Positions 33,031 through 41,600 of a stretch of 54,968 bases of DNA are shown in pieces. Position 1 is the stretch's first letter. The number at the start of each line of letters is the position of its first letter. The DNA comes from a virus: IMG/VR virus record IMGVR_UViG_3300037483_000201, one strand, 5' to 3'. The notes under the pieces are model-generated. The model saw only the letters and a program-made list of their open reading frames with translations, searched no databases and was not told where the DNA came from. A program made the position numbers and the translations under genes.

Positions 33031-33778
33031 TAAACAAGTAACCACAGTTCCTACGACGGAGTTAACCGCAGAATCATCTAGTATGCTTGCCATTATCGGC
33101 CAGGCAGCCAGAGATCCGAATGTTGATATTGGTAAAATGGAGCGCTTGTGGGATATGTATCGCCAGATGTGCGTGATTAATGCTGAAGTGGAATATGCTA
33201 AATCAATGTCTACCGTGCAATCACACGTCCCGGCAATCGAAAAAAAGGCAAAAAATCTACAGACTAATAGCAAATATGCCAAGCTCGAACATATCTGTGA
33301 AAAACTCACACCGATAGCCACGGAAAATGGATTTTCAATCAGTTACGGAACCGATAAGGCCGATCTAGAAGGAGATATCAGAACGACCGCAATCGTCTAT
33401 CATTCAGGCGGGCACAAAACACATCATCATGTTGATTTACCATTGGACAACGTGGGTATTAAAGGCTCGGTCAATAAAACCGCTGTGCATGCTCGCAAAT
33501 CGAGTCACACATATGGACGCACGATACTCCAGAGTATGATCTTTAATGTATCGACCGTGGAAGTGGATGATGACGGTAACGCCTCCGGCGGGGAACAAGA
33601 ATTAATCAACGAAAAACAGCTCGCTGATATCACCGCCCTACTTGATGAGCTGACAAAAGAGAAAAAACAGGATGCTCTATTCGGTCTGTTCAAATGGCTG
33701 AAAATTGAATCCGTGGATCAGATCCCGGCCAACCAATACGACAAGGCGATCAAAGCGATTGAGGCGCGGAGGAAATGA
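33023..33778 (+). CDS. erf: ERF-family single-strand annealing protein
   Basis: ORF 32990..33778. I favour the GTG at 33023 (GAGGAG upstream; overlaps the upstream stop). NSKYAKLEHICEKLTPIATENGFSI..AVHARKSSHTYGRTILQSMIFNV fits the ERF pattern. Confidence 0.7.
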   Translation: MSDKQVTTVPTTELTAESSSMLAIIGQAARDPNVDIGKMERLWDMYRQMCVINAEVEYAKSMSTVQSHVPAIEKKAKNLQTNSKYAKLEHICEKLTPIATENGFSISYGTDKADLEGDIRTTAIVYHSGGHKTHHHVDLPLDNVGIKGSVNKTAVHARKSSHTYGRTILQSMIFNVSTVEVDDDGNASGGEQELINEKQLADITALLDELTKEKKQDALFGLFKWLKIESVDQIPANQYDKAIKAIEARRK

Positions 33779-34386
33779 AAATCATCAATGATCTTCAGCA
33801 AGGCACGGACGAATGGAAAAAGCTACGCGCCGGAGTGATAACAGCCAGCAAGCTACATAATGTTATTTCTGCTGTCAGGGGTGACTATAGTAAATCAGCA
33901 GGCAAATACGCTATCAAACTGATCAGCGAGAGGATCACCGGCGAGATTGACGGCGAATACAGCAATTCCACCATGGAGCGCGGAATTATAATGGAAGAGG
34001 AGGCCCGGAATTGGTACGAGTTCAATACCGGCAGGGAGGTTCGCCAAGTTGGTTTTATCTTCAAGGATGATCAACGCCTGGTAGGTTGCAGCCCGGATGG
34101 ATTGATGGAGGATCGCGGTCTCGAGATTAAATGCGTGATCGGCTCAACGATGGTGACTTATCTGTTGGGCAGCGAGGAATCCATTGTCAACGAATACAAG
34201 CAGCAGATCCAGGGATCAATGTATGTCACCGGGCTGTCTCTATGGGATCTGGTTGTTTACCATCCTTGCTTTGACCCGATATTAATCACGGTCCAGCGTG
34301 ATGATGAGTACATCCGGTGTATTGAGATAGCGATTGCGCGGTTATTGAGAGAGATTGACGAAATAATAAAGAGGATAAAATCATGA
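33775..34386 (+). CDS. YqaJ / lambda-Exo-like PD-(D/E)XK recombination exonuclease
   Basis: QGTDEWKKLRAGVITASKL, CSPDGL and GLEIKC motifs are present. Confidence 0.8.
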   Translation: MKIINDLQQGTDEWKKLRAGVITASKLHNVISAVRGDYSKSAGKYAIKLISERITGEIDGEYSNSTMERGIIMEEEARNWYEFNTGREVRQVGFIFKDDQRLVGCSPDGLMEDRGLEIKCVIGSTMVTYLLGSEESIVNEYKQQIQGSMYVTGLSLWDLVVYHPCFDPILITVQRDDEYIRCIEIAIARLLREIDEIIKRIKS

Positions 34387-35420
34387 ATGAAGTTATTGAA
34401 AAAGTAGAGAATCAGATCGTAGAATTTAATGAATTTGAGGCGAAGCTGCAAGAATTCAAGCGGCGCTATGACGGTGTTGTGTATGATCTGACTGTGCCGG
34501 AAGATGAAAAAAGGGCCCGGTCTGACCGCTTTACGATCGGTAAGGTGGTCAGTGCGCTTGATGCGAGACACAAGGAGATCAAAGCCCCACTGAAAGAGCG
34601 CGTTGATCTTATCGACGGCGAGCGCAAACGGATCAAGGATCGGCTTCTTGAGGTCCAGGATAAAATCAAGTCACAGATCGAAACGCACGAGCTGAAGATC
34701 CAGGAGCACGAAGAATCCCTGCAACGCAGGGTGGACGCGATCCGGGCATACGGCGAGTTTGATGAATTTCATACATCGGATGCTGCTGAACTTCTGGAAA
34801 GACTCAAACAGTTAGAGTCCGTAGACGTTGATGATACCTATGAACACAGAAAGGCTGACGCAACGCTTGCCAAGGTAGATACTGTTAAAAAGCTTGATGC
34901 CATGCACGAAGCACGGAAAAAGTACGAAGCCGAGCAAGCCGAACTCGAACGCCTACGCAGGGAAGCCGAAGAGCGCGAACGCCAGGACCGGGAAGACAAG
35001 ATCCGCCGGGAAGCCGCTGAAAATGCGCGTATACAGGCAGAGTCGGCAGCCAAACGCGAACGCGAAGTAGCTGAAGCCAAAGCCAATCGGGAAGTTGAGG
35101 AAGCCAAGCACCGGCAGCAGGAGGCTGAGGCAGCCGCTGAACGTGCCGCACAGGAAGCTAAAGAGGAAGCGGATCGCGCTGTCAAAGCCGAGCGGTTGCG
35201 TGCAGAGGTAGAGCGCAAGGAGGCTGAAGCCAAAGCTGAGGCGGAAAGGAAAGCCGAAGAAGCGCGGAAAGCCAAGGCAAAGCATCGCAAGAAAATTGAA
35301 AACGAGGCTCTTGAATCATTAGTGGATGAGCTCCGATCATTTATTGATGAAGAGGTCGCGGTGTTTATCATAGAAGCCATCAGGGACGGCAAAATCAAAC
35401 ACGTCACACTGAATTATTAG
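34383..35420 (+). CDS. charged coiled-coil protein, DUF1351-like N-terminus
   Basis: 345 aa. The N-terminal ~120 aa resembles DUF1351. It is followed by E/K/R/A-rich helix (REAEERERQDREDKIRREAAE..). Confidence 0.6.
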   Translation: MNEVIEKVENQIVEFNEFEAKLQEFKRRYDGVVYDLTVPEDEKRARSDRFTIGKVVSALDARHKEIKAPLKERVDLIDGERKRIKDRLLEVQDKIKSQIETHELKIQEHEESLQRRVDAIRAYGEFDEFHTSDAAELLERLKQLESVDVDDTYEHRKADATLAKVDTVKKLDAMHEARKKYEAEQAELERLRREAEERERQDREDKIRREAAENARIQAESAAKREREVAEAKANREVEEAKHRQQEAEAAAERAAQEAKEEADRAVKAERLRAEVERKEAEAKAEAERKAEEARKAKAKHRKKIENEALESLVDELRSFIDEEVAVFIIEAIRDGKIKHVTLNY

Positions 35421-35430
35421 GAGGCACATC

Positions 35431-35724
35431 ATGAACGAAAAAACATTTCCACAGGGCCTGATCGTCAAGCCCCCGCACGCAAAAGCGCCGGATTTCGTCA
35501 AGTGCGGCATCTCGATCAAGCGCGAAGAGTTTATTGCCTGGCTCGAAGATCAGGACGGCGACTGGATTAATCTGGACGTGAAAGAGTCGAAGCAGGGCAA
35601 GTGGTACGCCGAGATCAACGACTGGAAGCCGGATCGTAGCAGAGAAAAACCATCGGACGATCCCAAGCCTCTGAAGGGCGGGGATGATTTTGTTGATGAT
35701 GATCTAGATAGTGTTCCGTTTTGA
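35431..35724 (+). CDS. small SSB-like protein with an acidic C-terminal tip
   Basis: 97 aa ending [13 protein letters not shown], which compares with the bacterial SSB tip DDDIPF. It sits in the recombination module. Confidence 0.5.
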   Translation: MNEKTFPQGLIVKPPHAKAPDFVKCGISIKREEFIAWLEDQDGDWINLDVKESKQGKWYAEINDWKPDRSREKPSDDPKPLKGGDDFVDDDLDSVPF

Positions 35725-35734
35725 GGATTTAATT

Positions 35735-36271
35735 ATGCAAAAGGCAGAAAACCAAATATCTTTTTTTGAAAGTGGGAGGGCCACAACCAAGTCCCGGTTG
35801 AAGCCATTGTTAAGCAATAACCGGGGCAGAAGATACTGGATAACGCCTCCGGGCATGATGGCAGAACTGCACGCCGAATTCGATTTTGACTTTGACCCTT
35901 GCCCAAACCCAAGGCCAGAAGGGTTCGATGGTCTCAAAGTCCCGTGGGGGGAGAGGAATTGGGTAAACCCACCATTCACCGGGGAAGCGCGCGAGCCAGG
36001 AAAGCGCAAGATTGGCCCGGTCGCGTGGTTGCGCAAAGCGGTTGCGGAGTGCAAAAACGGAAAGCTGTCGGTGTTGATACTACCGATATACAACGTGAGG
36101 GCGATCAGCATGGCAGAGGATTTTGGTGCAGAGATACGCTATATAGGCAAACCACGATGGCTGGAACTTGAGGATGGCGAGCCGAACCCTGCGCCATCGC
36201 AAGACTTGCATCCGTGCGTGCTGCTGATCTTGAGGCCTAACAGTATATCAAATAGCGAGGGGAAAGAGTGA
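35735..36271 (+). CDS. phage Dam-family DNA N6-adenine methyltransferase
   Basis: Trimmed to ATG 35735 (GAGGA upstream). Contains [30 protein letters not shown] (motif IV) and KLSVLILP. Confidence 0.75.
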   Translation: MQKAENQISFFESGRATTKSRLKPLLSNNRGRRYWITPPGMMAELHAEFDFDFDPCPNPRPEGFDGLKVPWGERNWVNPPFTGEAREPGKRKIGPVAWLRKAVAECKNGKLSVLILPIYNVRAISMAEDFGAEIRYIGKPRWLELEDGEPNPAPSQDLHPCVLLILRPNSISNSEGKE

Positions 36272-36591
36272 TGAGCGCAAAGAAAAGCATTAAATGTAGA
36301 ATTAAGACAACACACAGCCCAGGGTATCATCTCTACGAGAGTGTCTTTTATGAAGATGACGCAGATTCCCCCGTCTGGCTTCAGCTTGATGGCGTACACG
36401 TCGCGTTAAAAACCCTGGATGGATGGGCAAATGGGGTAGAGGTAACGATAGTGTTGCCGCGAGCAATTGCGCGTGAGCTTGGGCTGGTGTCTCTTGAGTG
36501 CGGATACTGTAAAGGCAGCGGAGAGCACGAGCCAGATAACAATGGGCCGATTGAGGCATGCCCAGTCTGCGGCGGTAAGGAGAAAGAATGA
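36268..36591 (+). CDS. protein with a DnaJ-type CxxCxGxG zinc finger (107 aa)
   Basis: [14 protein letters not shown] at the C-terminus. Confidence 0.6.
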   Translation: MMSAKKSIKCRIKTTHSPGYHLYESVFYEDDADSPVWLQLDGVHVALKTLDGWANGVEVTIVLPRAIARELGLVSLECGYCKGSGEHEPDNNGPIEACPVCGGKEKE

Positions 36592-36803
36592 TGCGCCTCT
36601 CTGCTGTATATGTCCAGATAGGAGCCTATATGTGGAATTTTACATATCTTGCTACACCACAAGCGCCCTATCAGATTCTGATAAGGATGGAAAAAATTGG
36701 CCGATTAGCTAATTATGAATTGCAGGCAACAACGTCATTGCATTCAACAGCGTCATACTATGAGGAGAAGAGTAATGAGTATACAAACAATTTACAAGTG
36801 TGA
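36588..36803 (+). CDS. possible small ORF (71 aa)
   Basis: ATGATG overlaps the upstream stop, but the ORF overlaps the next gene by 29 nt and its composition is unconvincing. Confidence 0.3.
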   Translation: MMRLSAVYVQIGAYMWNFTYLATPQAPYQILIRMEKIGRLANYELQATTSLHSTASYYEEKSNEYTNNLQV

Positions 36804-37044
36804 TAAATGCGGAGCAGAGCAAGACACTTATGAGCAATTCTGGGCAGTTGGTATTGCTGCGCTACACTTTCCTCTCAACACTGAGAGATCTTTTTTGGCA
36901 GATAAAAGTATACAAGTCTGTCGGCCCTGCCTGGAGTCTTTCGGTATTCATGTGACCAAAAAACCAAGTGCGCCTGTGCCAAAGCCGCCGACAGTAGAAG
37001 AGTTGATACGAGAGATTTTACAGCTCTGTGGGGAGGAAGAGTGA
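36775..37044 (+). CDS. small Cys4 protein (89 aa)
   Basis: ORF 36715..37044 trimmed to ATG 36775 (AGGAGAAGAG upstream). Contains CDKCG..CRPC. Confidence 0.6.
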   Translation: MSIQTIYKCDKCGAEQDTYEQFWAVGIAALHFPLNTERSFLADKSIQVCRPCLESFGIHVTKKPSAPVPKPPTVEELIREILQLCGEEE

Positions 37045-37406
37045 TGCCATACCCTAGAACTAACTATGAAATGTCTGAGGAAGACTTAGAGCAGCTTTTG
37101 GAGAGCTGCAAATCAGTACCAGTAATGATGATTGGTGGGTGTACTGGAGCAAGTCCACAAGAGAATGCAAACAGAGCCTGGCAACGCTTAGGTGAAAAGA
37201 TGGGTTTTGACTATATGACTGTTAGACCTATTGACGGTAAAGGGCAGTGTTTTTTCTCTGCGGTGCCAACTGAAAACGAAACACAGAAAGGGGAACGACT
37301 AAAACGTGAAGCCGAGGAAAAGCGTCTATCTGAAATTAAGAGGCTTGAAGATGAAATAAAGGAAAGGCAAGCGCGGCTATCTGAATATAGAGAGGGGAAA
37401 GAGTGA
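37041..37406 (+). CDS. hypothetical early protein (121 aa)
   Basis: GTGATG junction. The C-terminus is a charged helix. Confidence 0.6.
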   Translation: MMPYPRTNYEMSEEDLEQLLESCKSVPVMMIGGCTGASPQENANRAWQRLGEKMGFDYMTVRPIDGKGQCFFSAVPTENETQKGERLKREAEEKRLSEIKRLEDEIKERQARLSEYREGKE

Positions 37407-37519
37407 TGCCACAAGACTACAAGAAACGCGCTGAAAGGCGCGAAGCACTGAAGGCGGATATTCTATCAGGCGTCATTATCGCCGTAGTGCTGTTTTTCTG
37501 TGCGGTGACTTTTTTATAA
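37406..37519 (+). CDS. 37-aa tail-anchored micro-protein
   Basis: TGATG junction. Hand translation gives MPQDYKKRAERREALKADILSGVIIAVVLFFCAVTFL. Confidence 0.4.
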   Translation: MPQDYKKRAERREALKADILSGVIIAVVLFFCAVTFL

Positions 37520-37535
37520 CACAAGAGGAAATATT

Positions 37536-37871
37536 ATGAATATTAATGAACTAACGATTGGTGAGGCACGAGAGATTGCAAAATTTATATCGCCCCCTGC
37601 ATCCAACGCCGAATCTGTATGGGAGATTGGCAAGAACTACCTAATCCGTACGGTTACGATGACCGATACCGGGCGACTTGTTGCAGTCACTGATCATGAG
37701 CTAGTCCTTGAAGATGCTGCATGGATCGCTGATACAGGTAGATTCGCCAAAGCACTGGAGGGTGCGGAGTTCAACGAGGTTGAACCATTCCCGGATGGGC
37801 GTGTAATCATCGGGCGCGGGGCGGTAGTTGATGCAGTACAGATTAATACGCTCCCGAGAGTGCAGAAGTGA
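37536..37871 (+). CDS. hypothetical protein (111 aa)
   Basis: AGAGGAAA RBS upstream. Confidence 0.6.
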   Translation: MNINELTIGEAREIAKFISPPASNAESVWEIGKNYLIRTVTMTDTGRLVAVTDHELVLEDAAWIADTGRFAKALEGAEFNEVEPFPDGRVIIGRGAVVDAVQINTLPRVQK

Positions 37872-37895
37872 TAGCCGCAGTCGCCCGCGCAGGTT

Positions 37896-38087
37896 ATGCC
37901 TTCTCGTGGTCGGGGTCGGGGTCGGGGTCGTGGTCGCGGTCGCGGTCGCGGTCGCGGTCGGGGTCGTGGTCGTGGTCGAGGTCGCGGTTGCGGTCGCGGT
38001 CGGGGTCGAGGTCGCGGTCGCGGTCGCGGTCGGGGTCGTGGTCGCGGTCGCGGTCGGGGTCGAGGTCGTGGTCGGGGTGAGTTATAG
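37896..38087 (+). CDS. possible 63-aa poly(Gly-Arg) protein
   Basis: Translation is MPSRGRGRG...GRGEL. It exactly fills the gap between 37871 and 38082. Unit variation is almost only at the CGN wobble base. The RBS is weak, and the minus-strand (Pro-Arg)n frame is equally synonymous. Confidence 0.35.
   Translation: MPSRGRGRGRGRGRGRGRGRGRGRGRGRGRGCGRGRGRGRGRGRGRGRGRGRGRGRGRGRGEL
37908..38078. repeat. (GGTCGN) x ~28 perfect-phase hexanucleotide tandem repeat
   Basis: ggtcgg ggtcgg ggtcgg ggtcgt ggtcgc ... There is one ggttgc variant. Confidence 0.95.
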
Positions 38088-38432
38088 ATTCCCCATAACG
38101 TAGATCCCACCCAGCCACAGAATTCTTTCAACCCACATCTGGAGCGTATTGGAGGTGCGCTCCCGACTTAATGCGCGTTCAAGATGTTGTGCCTCTTCTG
38201 CCCGGCGCTCGGCTTCCATCGTTCGATGTACCAAGACATCAACCAAGCTGTTGTTGTTTCTGGCCCTGGATTGATTCTCCAGTTCAAGCGCCTGTTTCAT
38301 TGCCGCCAGGTTATCTTTGTCCTGCTCGGATTGCTGGAAGTCATCTTCCGACATGCAGATTTTGTCCCCGCACCGCTCGACATTCAAAGCGGCTATGTGG
38401 TAGGGGAGGGTCTCCGGGATTTCGGCTTTCAA
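38082..38432 (-). CDS. signal-less paralog of the u-spanin-like gene (copy A), tail-anchored coiled-coil protein or pseudogene
   Basis: 116 aa from the TTG start. It is identical to copy B over GSVPTVEY..SEQDKDN at nt level and about 80-85 percent identical in the C-terminal half. The upstream in-frame sequence has no ATG/GTG/TTG and no lipobox. Confidence 0.5.
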   Translation of the reverse strand: MKAEIPETLPYHIAALNVERCGDKICMSEDDFQQSEQDKDNLAAMKQALELENQSRARNNNSLVDVLVHRTMEAERRAEEAQHLERALSRERTSNTLQMWVERILWLGGIYVMGNL

Positions 38433-38484
38433 TGCGGCATATTGGCTGACGACATCTCGGTATTCGACTGTAGGGACACTGCCA
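38082..38484. repeat. Direct repeat copy A
   Basis: 38311..38484 (174 nt) is identical to copy B (54868..54968 plus 55..127). The remainder is diverged. Confidence 0.85.
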
Positions 38485-38540
38485 ACCCTGACTGCAGGAG
38501 GCAGACATGTGGGAGAGGTCCGGGCTTTTCTAATTAAATA

Positions 38541-38618
38541 CTATTCCAGCGGATCAGGTAAAACCGGGTGGCCAATGAACAGGCCCGCGCCAACCAACCC
38601 GAAATAAATACCCTGCAT
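38541..38618 (-). CDS. 25-aa hydrophobic micro-ORF
   Basis: Hand translation gives MQGIYFGLVGAGLFIGHPVLPDPLE. The ATG shares a base with the giant gene stop (TAATG). Its TAG is in frame with the paralog A reading frame. Confidence 0.3.
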   Translation of the reverse strand: MQGIYFGLVGAGLFIGHPVLPDPLE

Positions 38619-41600
38619 TACTGTAGTACCAGCTCTACGTAACGCTGATTGAATCGCGCCATGGCCAACCGCATCTGGGCCTCAATCTGCTCCACGCGAT
38701 CCTTGTTACCGCTGTTTTCCGCCAATCGTTTTTGTTTGCGCAACTTGGCCAGCCGTGATCGAGTCAGTTTTTCCATACCGATCAGTTTGGCCTCTGGCGA
38801 TCCCTTGGCTTTGAGTTGCTCAGAACCCCGGAGTTCTTTAACTTGCTTGGCGGTGTATTGCACGTCGTCGGACCACTCATAATACCGTGATTGAAGTGCT
38901 CTGGAGGTGTCGTAACCGTAGAGCTTGCGTGCCATGGGCACTTCCTTCAGGGTAATCTCTTCACCAGTAACAGCTTTATGGGCGATGTTGAAAGAGTCAG
39001 CCACTACACGACCAGCGGACCCAGTACTGAAATCAACCAGCACGTCCATCCACTCCGGTGATAGATTGATCGTCCCTGGTCGTACTTCATCTCCGCCGCT
39101 CATGTCGTTCAGCCATTTTGTGATCGACTTCGATACTTCTCGGCTGTTACTCCAGTGTTGTTGATATTCCGGTTTCGGCACACCGAACGGCGAGGCTTCC
39201 GGTTTCAACGGCGCACCCGTCCAGATTTTGTTCTCGCCTATCTGGACCGCAGGGTCAATGATGGTTGGTGAAAAGGCCTGTAGTACAGTCCCTGATCCTA
39301 CCGGGTTGAAGGCGTCCGCAAAAGCAGAGGCTGTTTTGGCCGCTGATTTACTGGCATCAAACCGCTCCCCGGTCAACATGTCGCCGAACTGCTGCCCGAT
39401 CACATGCAGGACGTTGTATCCCCATGGCAGAGGGAATTTGAATACCGGCTGTTTCTCGCCCATGACGATCAAGTTCCTGGCCTTTTCGTAAGCCTGGATG
39501 TTGTCGTACAGATTCTCGCCGTCGTCGTCATCACCAGACATGGATCGGTTAAAGATATCCAGCATAACCGCAAATCCTATGGTGCCAACTGCCAGAGCCC
39601 GGCCTTTCTTGCTGTAAGCAAGGGCTTGTAACATCCTGATCTGCCCCTGGATACTTGCATTGTAAAATAGATACAGTGCGTTCATCATCGGCCCGGCAGT
39701 CCCTTTCCGGTTAAAATTGACTGTCAAATTCTTGGCCAGGCTGGCAGCGGCATCATCAGTGGCACCCAGTTCAACCGCTTTACGGAAAGCCGCTAATCGA
39801 ACGCCATTCTCAACGATGGTATTGTAGTCGCTAACGAATCTTGCGGCAGCGAAGATTGCGCCCTTGCCTTTCTCGGCCCGCATCCGCTCCATTTCCTTCC
39901 CCAGCTTGTGTTGACGATCAAGAACGTCTTTATAGTGATCCAACCATCCGGTTTTGCCGCCGGCCTTTCGGAACCGCTCAGCCCAACCAGCCCAATCGGT
40001 ATCCGTGCGCCCCTGTCTCAAATTCTGATACAACCCCTTCAAAGCGCCCGGGACCATTTTGATTACCTGCGTTTCAACACCTACCAACTCGGTATCGGTC
40101 ATATTATAAACCGCAGTCTGTATATCTCTGGCAAAGTTAGAAATCACGAATTCAGGCGACAATGATGTATTCAGGGTCGCCAGTATTCGGTTGACGCCAA
40201 GCAGGAAGCGGGTCAATTTACCCATATCGCCGTGGTCAAGGTTCTTCATGGCCTTGGCGATCCGCATGGCCTCTGGGCTGGATTCATTAAATGTCACAGT
40301 GTGGCCCACCCCTTCCACCTTGACCTTGAACTCGTTGTCGTATTCCCTTGGGTCGCTAACCATGCGGACCTCTCCATTAACAACAGCGGGCTGTCTTTTC
40401 TGGGTGTCTACAGTCCACAGTCCTGAATTCTGGGTATTTTTTGCGAACTCAAGGAACGCCTGCCCCACTCTGTTTTTCTCACTCCTGATGACCGTAGCTT
40501 CATACTGAGCAATGACGTTGGTCAGGACGTTGGTAACTGCTTTGTGGCTGCCTGTGCGCTGCCTCGACTCTTTCCCGCGGATATTAAAGCCTTGCCCCCT
40601 GGGTGGTAGTAGAGTCTTGGCTTCTTCACGCTTCAGCGGGACATACTTGGAATAGGTCTTATTCCACGCATCCACCTCTTCCTGAGTAATTAACCCGGTA
40701 TTCAGCATGATTTGAACTCGTTCCTGATTGATTTGATCTATTAGGGTGCCTACGTCCTGAAGCGCCTGGTTCCCGGTGTGTTGTCCAAGTATTGCCGCGG
40801 CGTCCGTGTCGCTCATACCAGACAAATCCGTATTATCTGCACGATCCGGGTTGATCCGCTTCAGGTAGGTATTGGCCTCTTGGGCGTGTCTGGCGTGCAG
40901 CCACCGGTCGATCTGGTCCATTTCGAGGCCGGTGTCCGCGCCTTTTTGCAATAGCGGCTGGATCCGATCTTCCTCGAACCGCTCTAACCTCTCCCCAGCA
41001 CGACCCAGCCAAATAGATTCACGTAGATAAGCGTCTTCAGCCTCTGTTACGCCCAAGTCACTCTGGATATGTTTCAGGTCGATGTACTTGTCCTGCAAAA
41101 CGTAACGGATCGGGTCCAGCCTGCGGGTGGCACGACGGAATATCTCAGCATATCCACGACTGGTTGGCTCAGTGCTATTGGGCTGTGTCGGTGGCTGGCC
41201 GCTTTCCTGTGTCTCAATCGCCTCCTGCCGCTCCCGTAACCGTCTTACATACGGCGGGTCGCGACTTTCTAACGATGTATTGAGCAAACCGCCTGTATAA
41301 TTAATTTGTGTAGGAGCTTCGCCCAAACTCAGCAACGGCTGTACCGGCGTATCCAACAGGCGATCAGTGATCCGGAGTATTTCTGATAATGCCGTCTCCG
41401 CCCTCTCTGGGAGTCCTAAGAATTTTCTGATTGCGGTAACAAATCGGCTCCATAGCGTGCCTCCTTTGTAAGGTATGCTCTCTAAATAATCCTGCATAGC
41501 ACGATTAGTAAGTGCCCATGAAACTAATTCACCAGTATCTTCCATGGCATTATGACCTTGTGCCACAACACGCTCTATCCGTTCGAGTTTATTGAAATCT

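Noticed and set aside
31849-38078. CRISPR-like appearance of the regular short repeats (pentapeptide array, Ala array, hexamer array).
   Set aside because: The units are contiguous with no unique spacers, the periods are 6-30 bp and in frame with coding sequence, and there are no cas genes.
37694-38131. Other frames of the hexamer repeat: minus-strand poly(PR) ORF (145 aa), minus poly(DR/DH/DP) ORF (74 aa), plus SRSGS and VGVAV frames.
   Set aside because: The DR, SR and VG frames accumulate non-synonymous changes at the variable base. The PR frame is as synonymous as GR but would overlap gene 37536-37871 antisense for ~180 nt, so it is not called as a feature. It is not fully excluded; see the finding.
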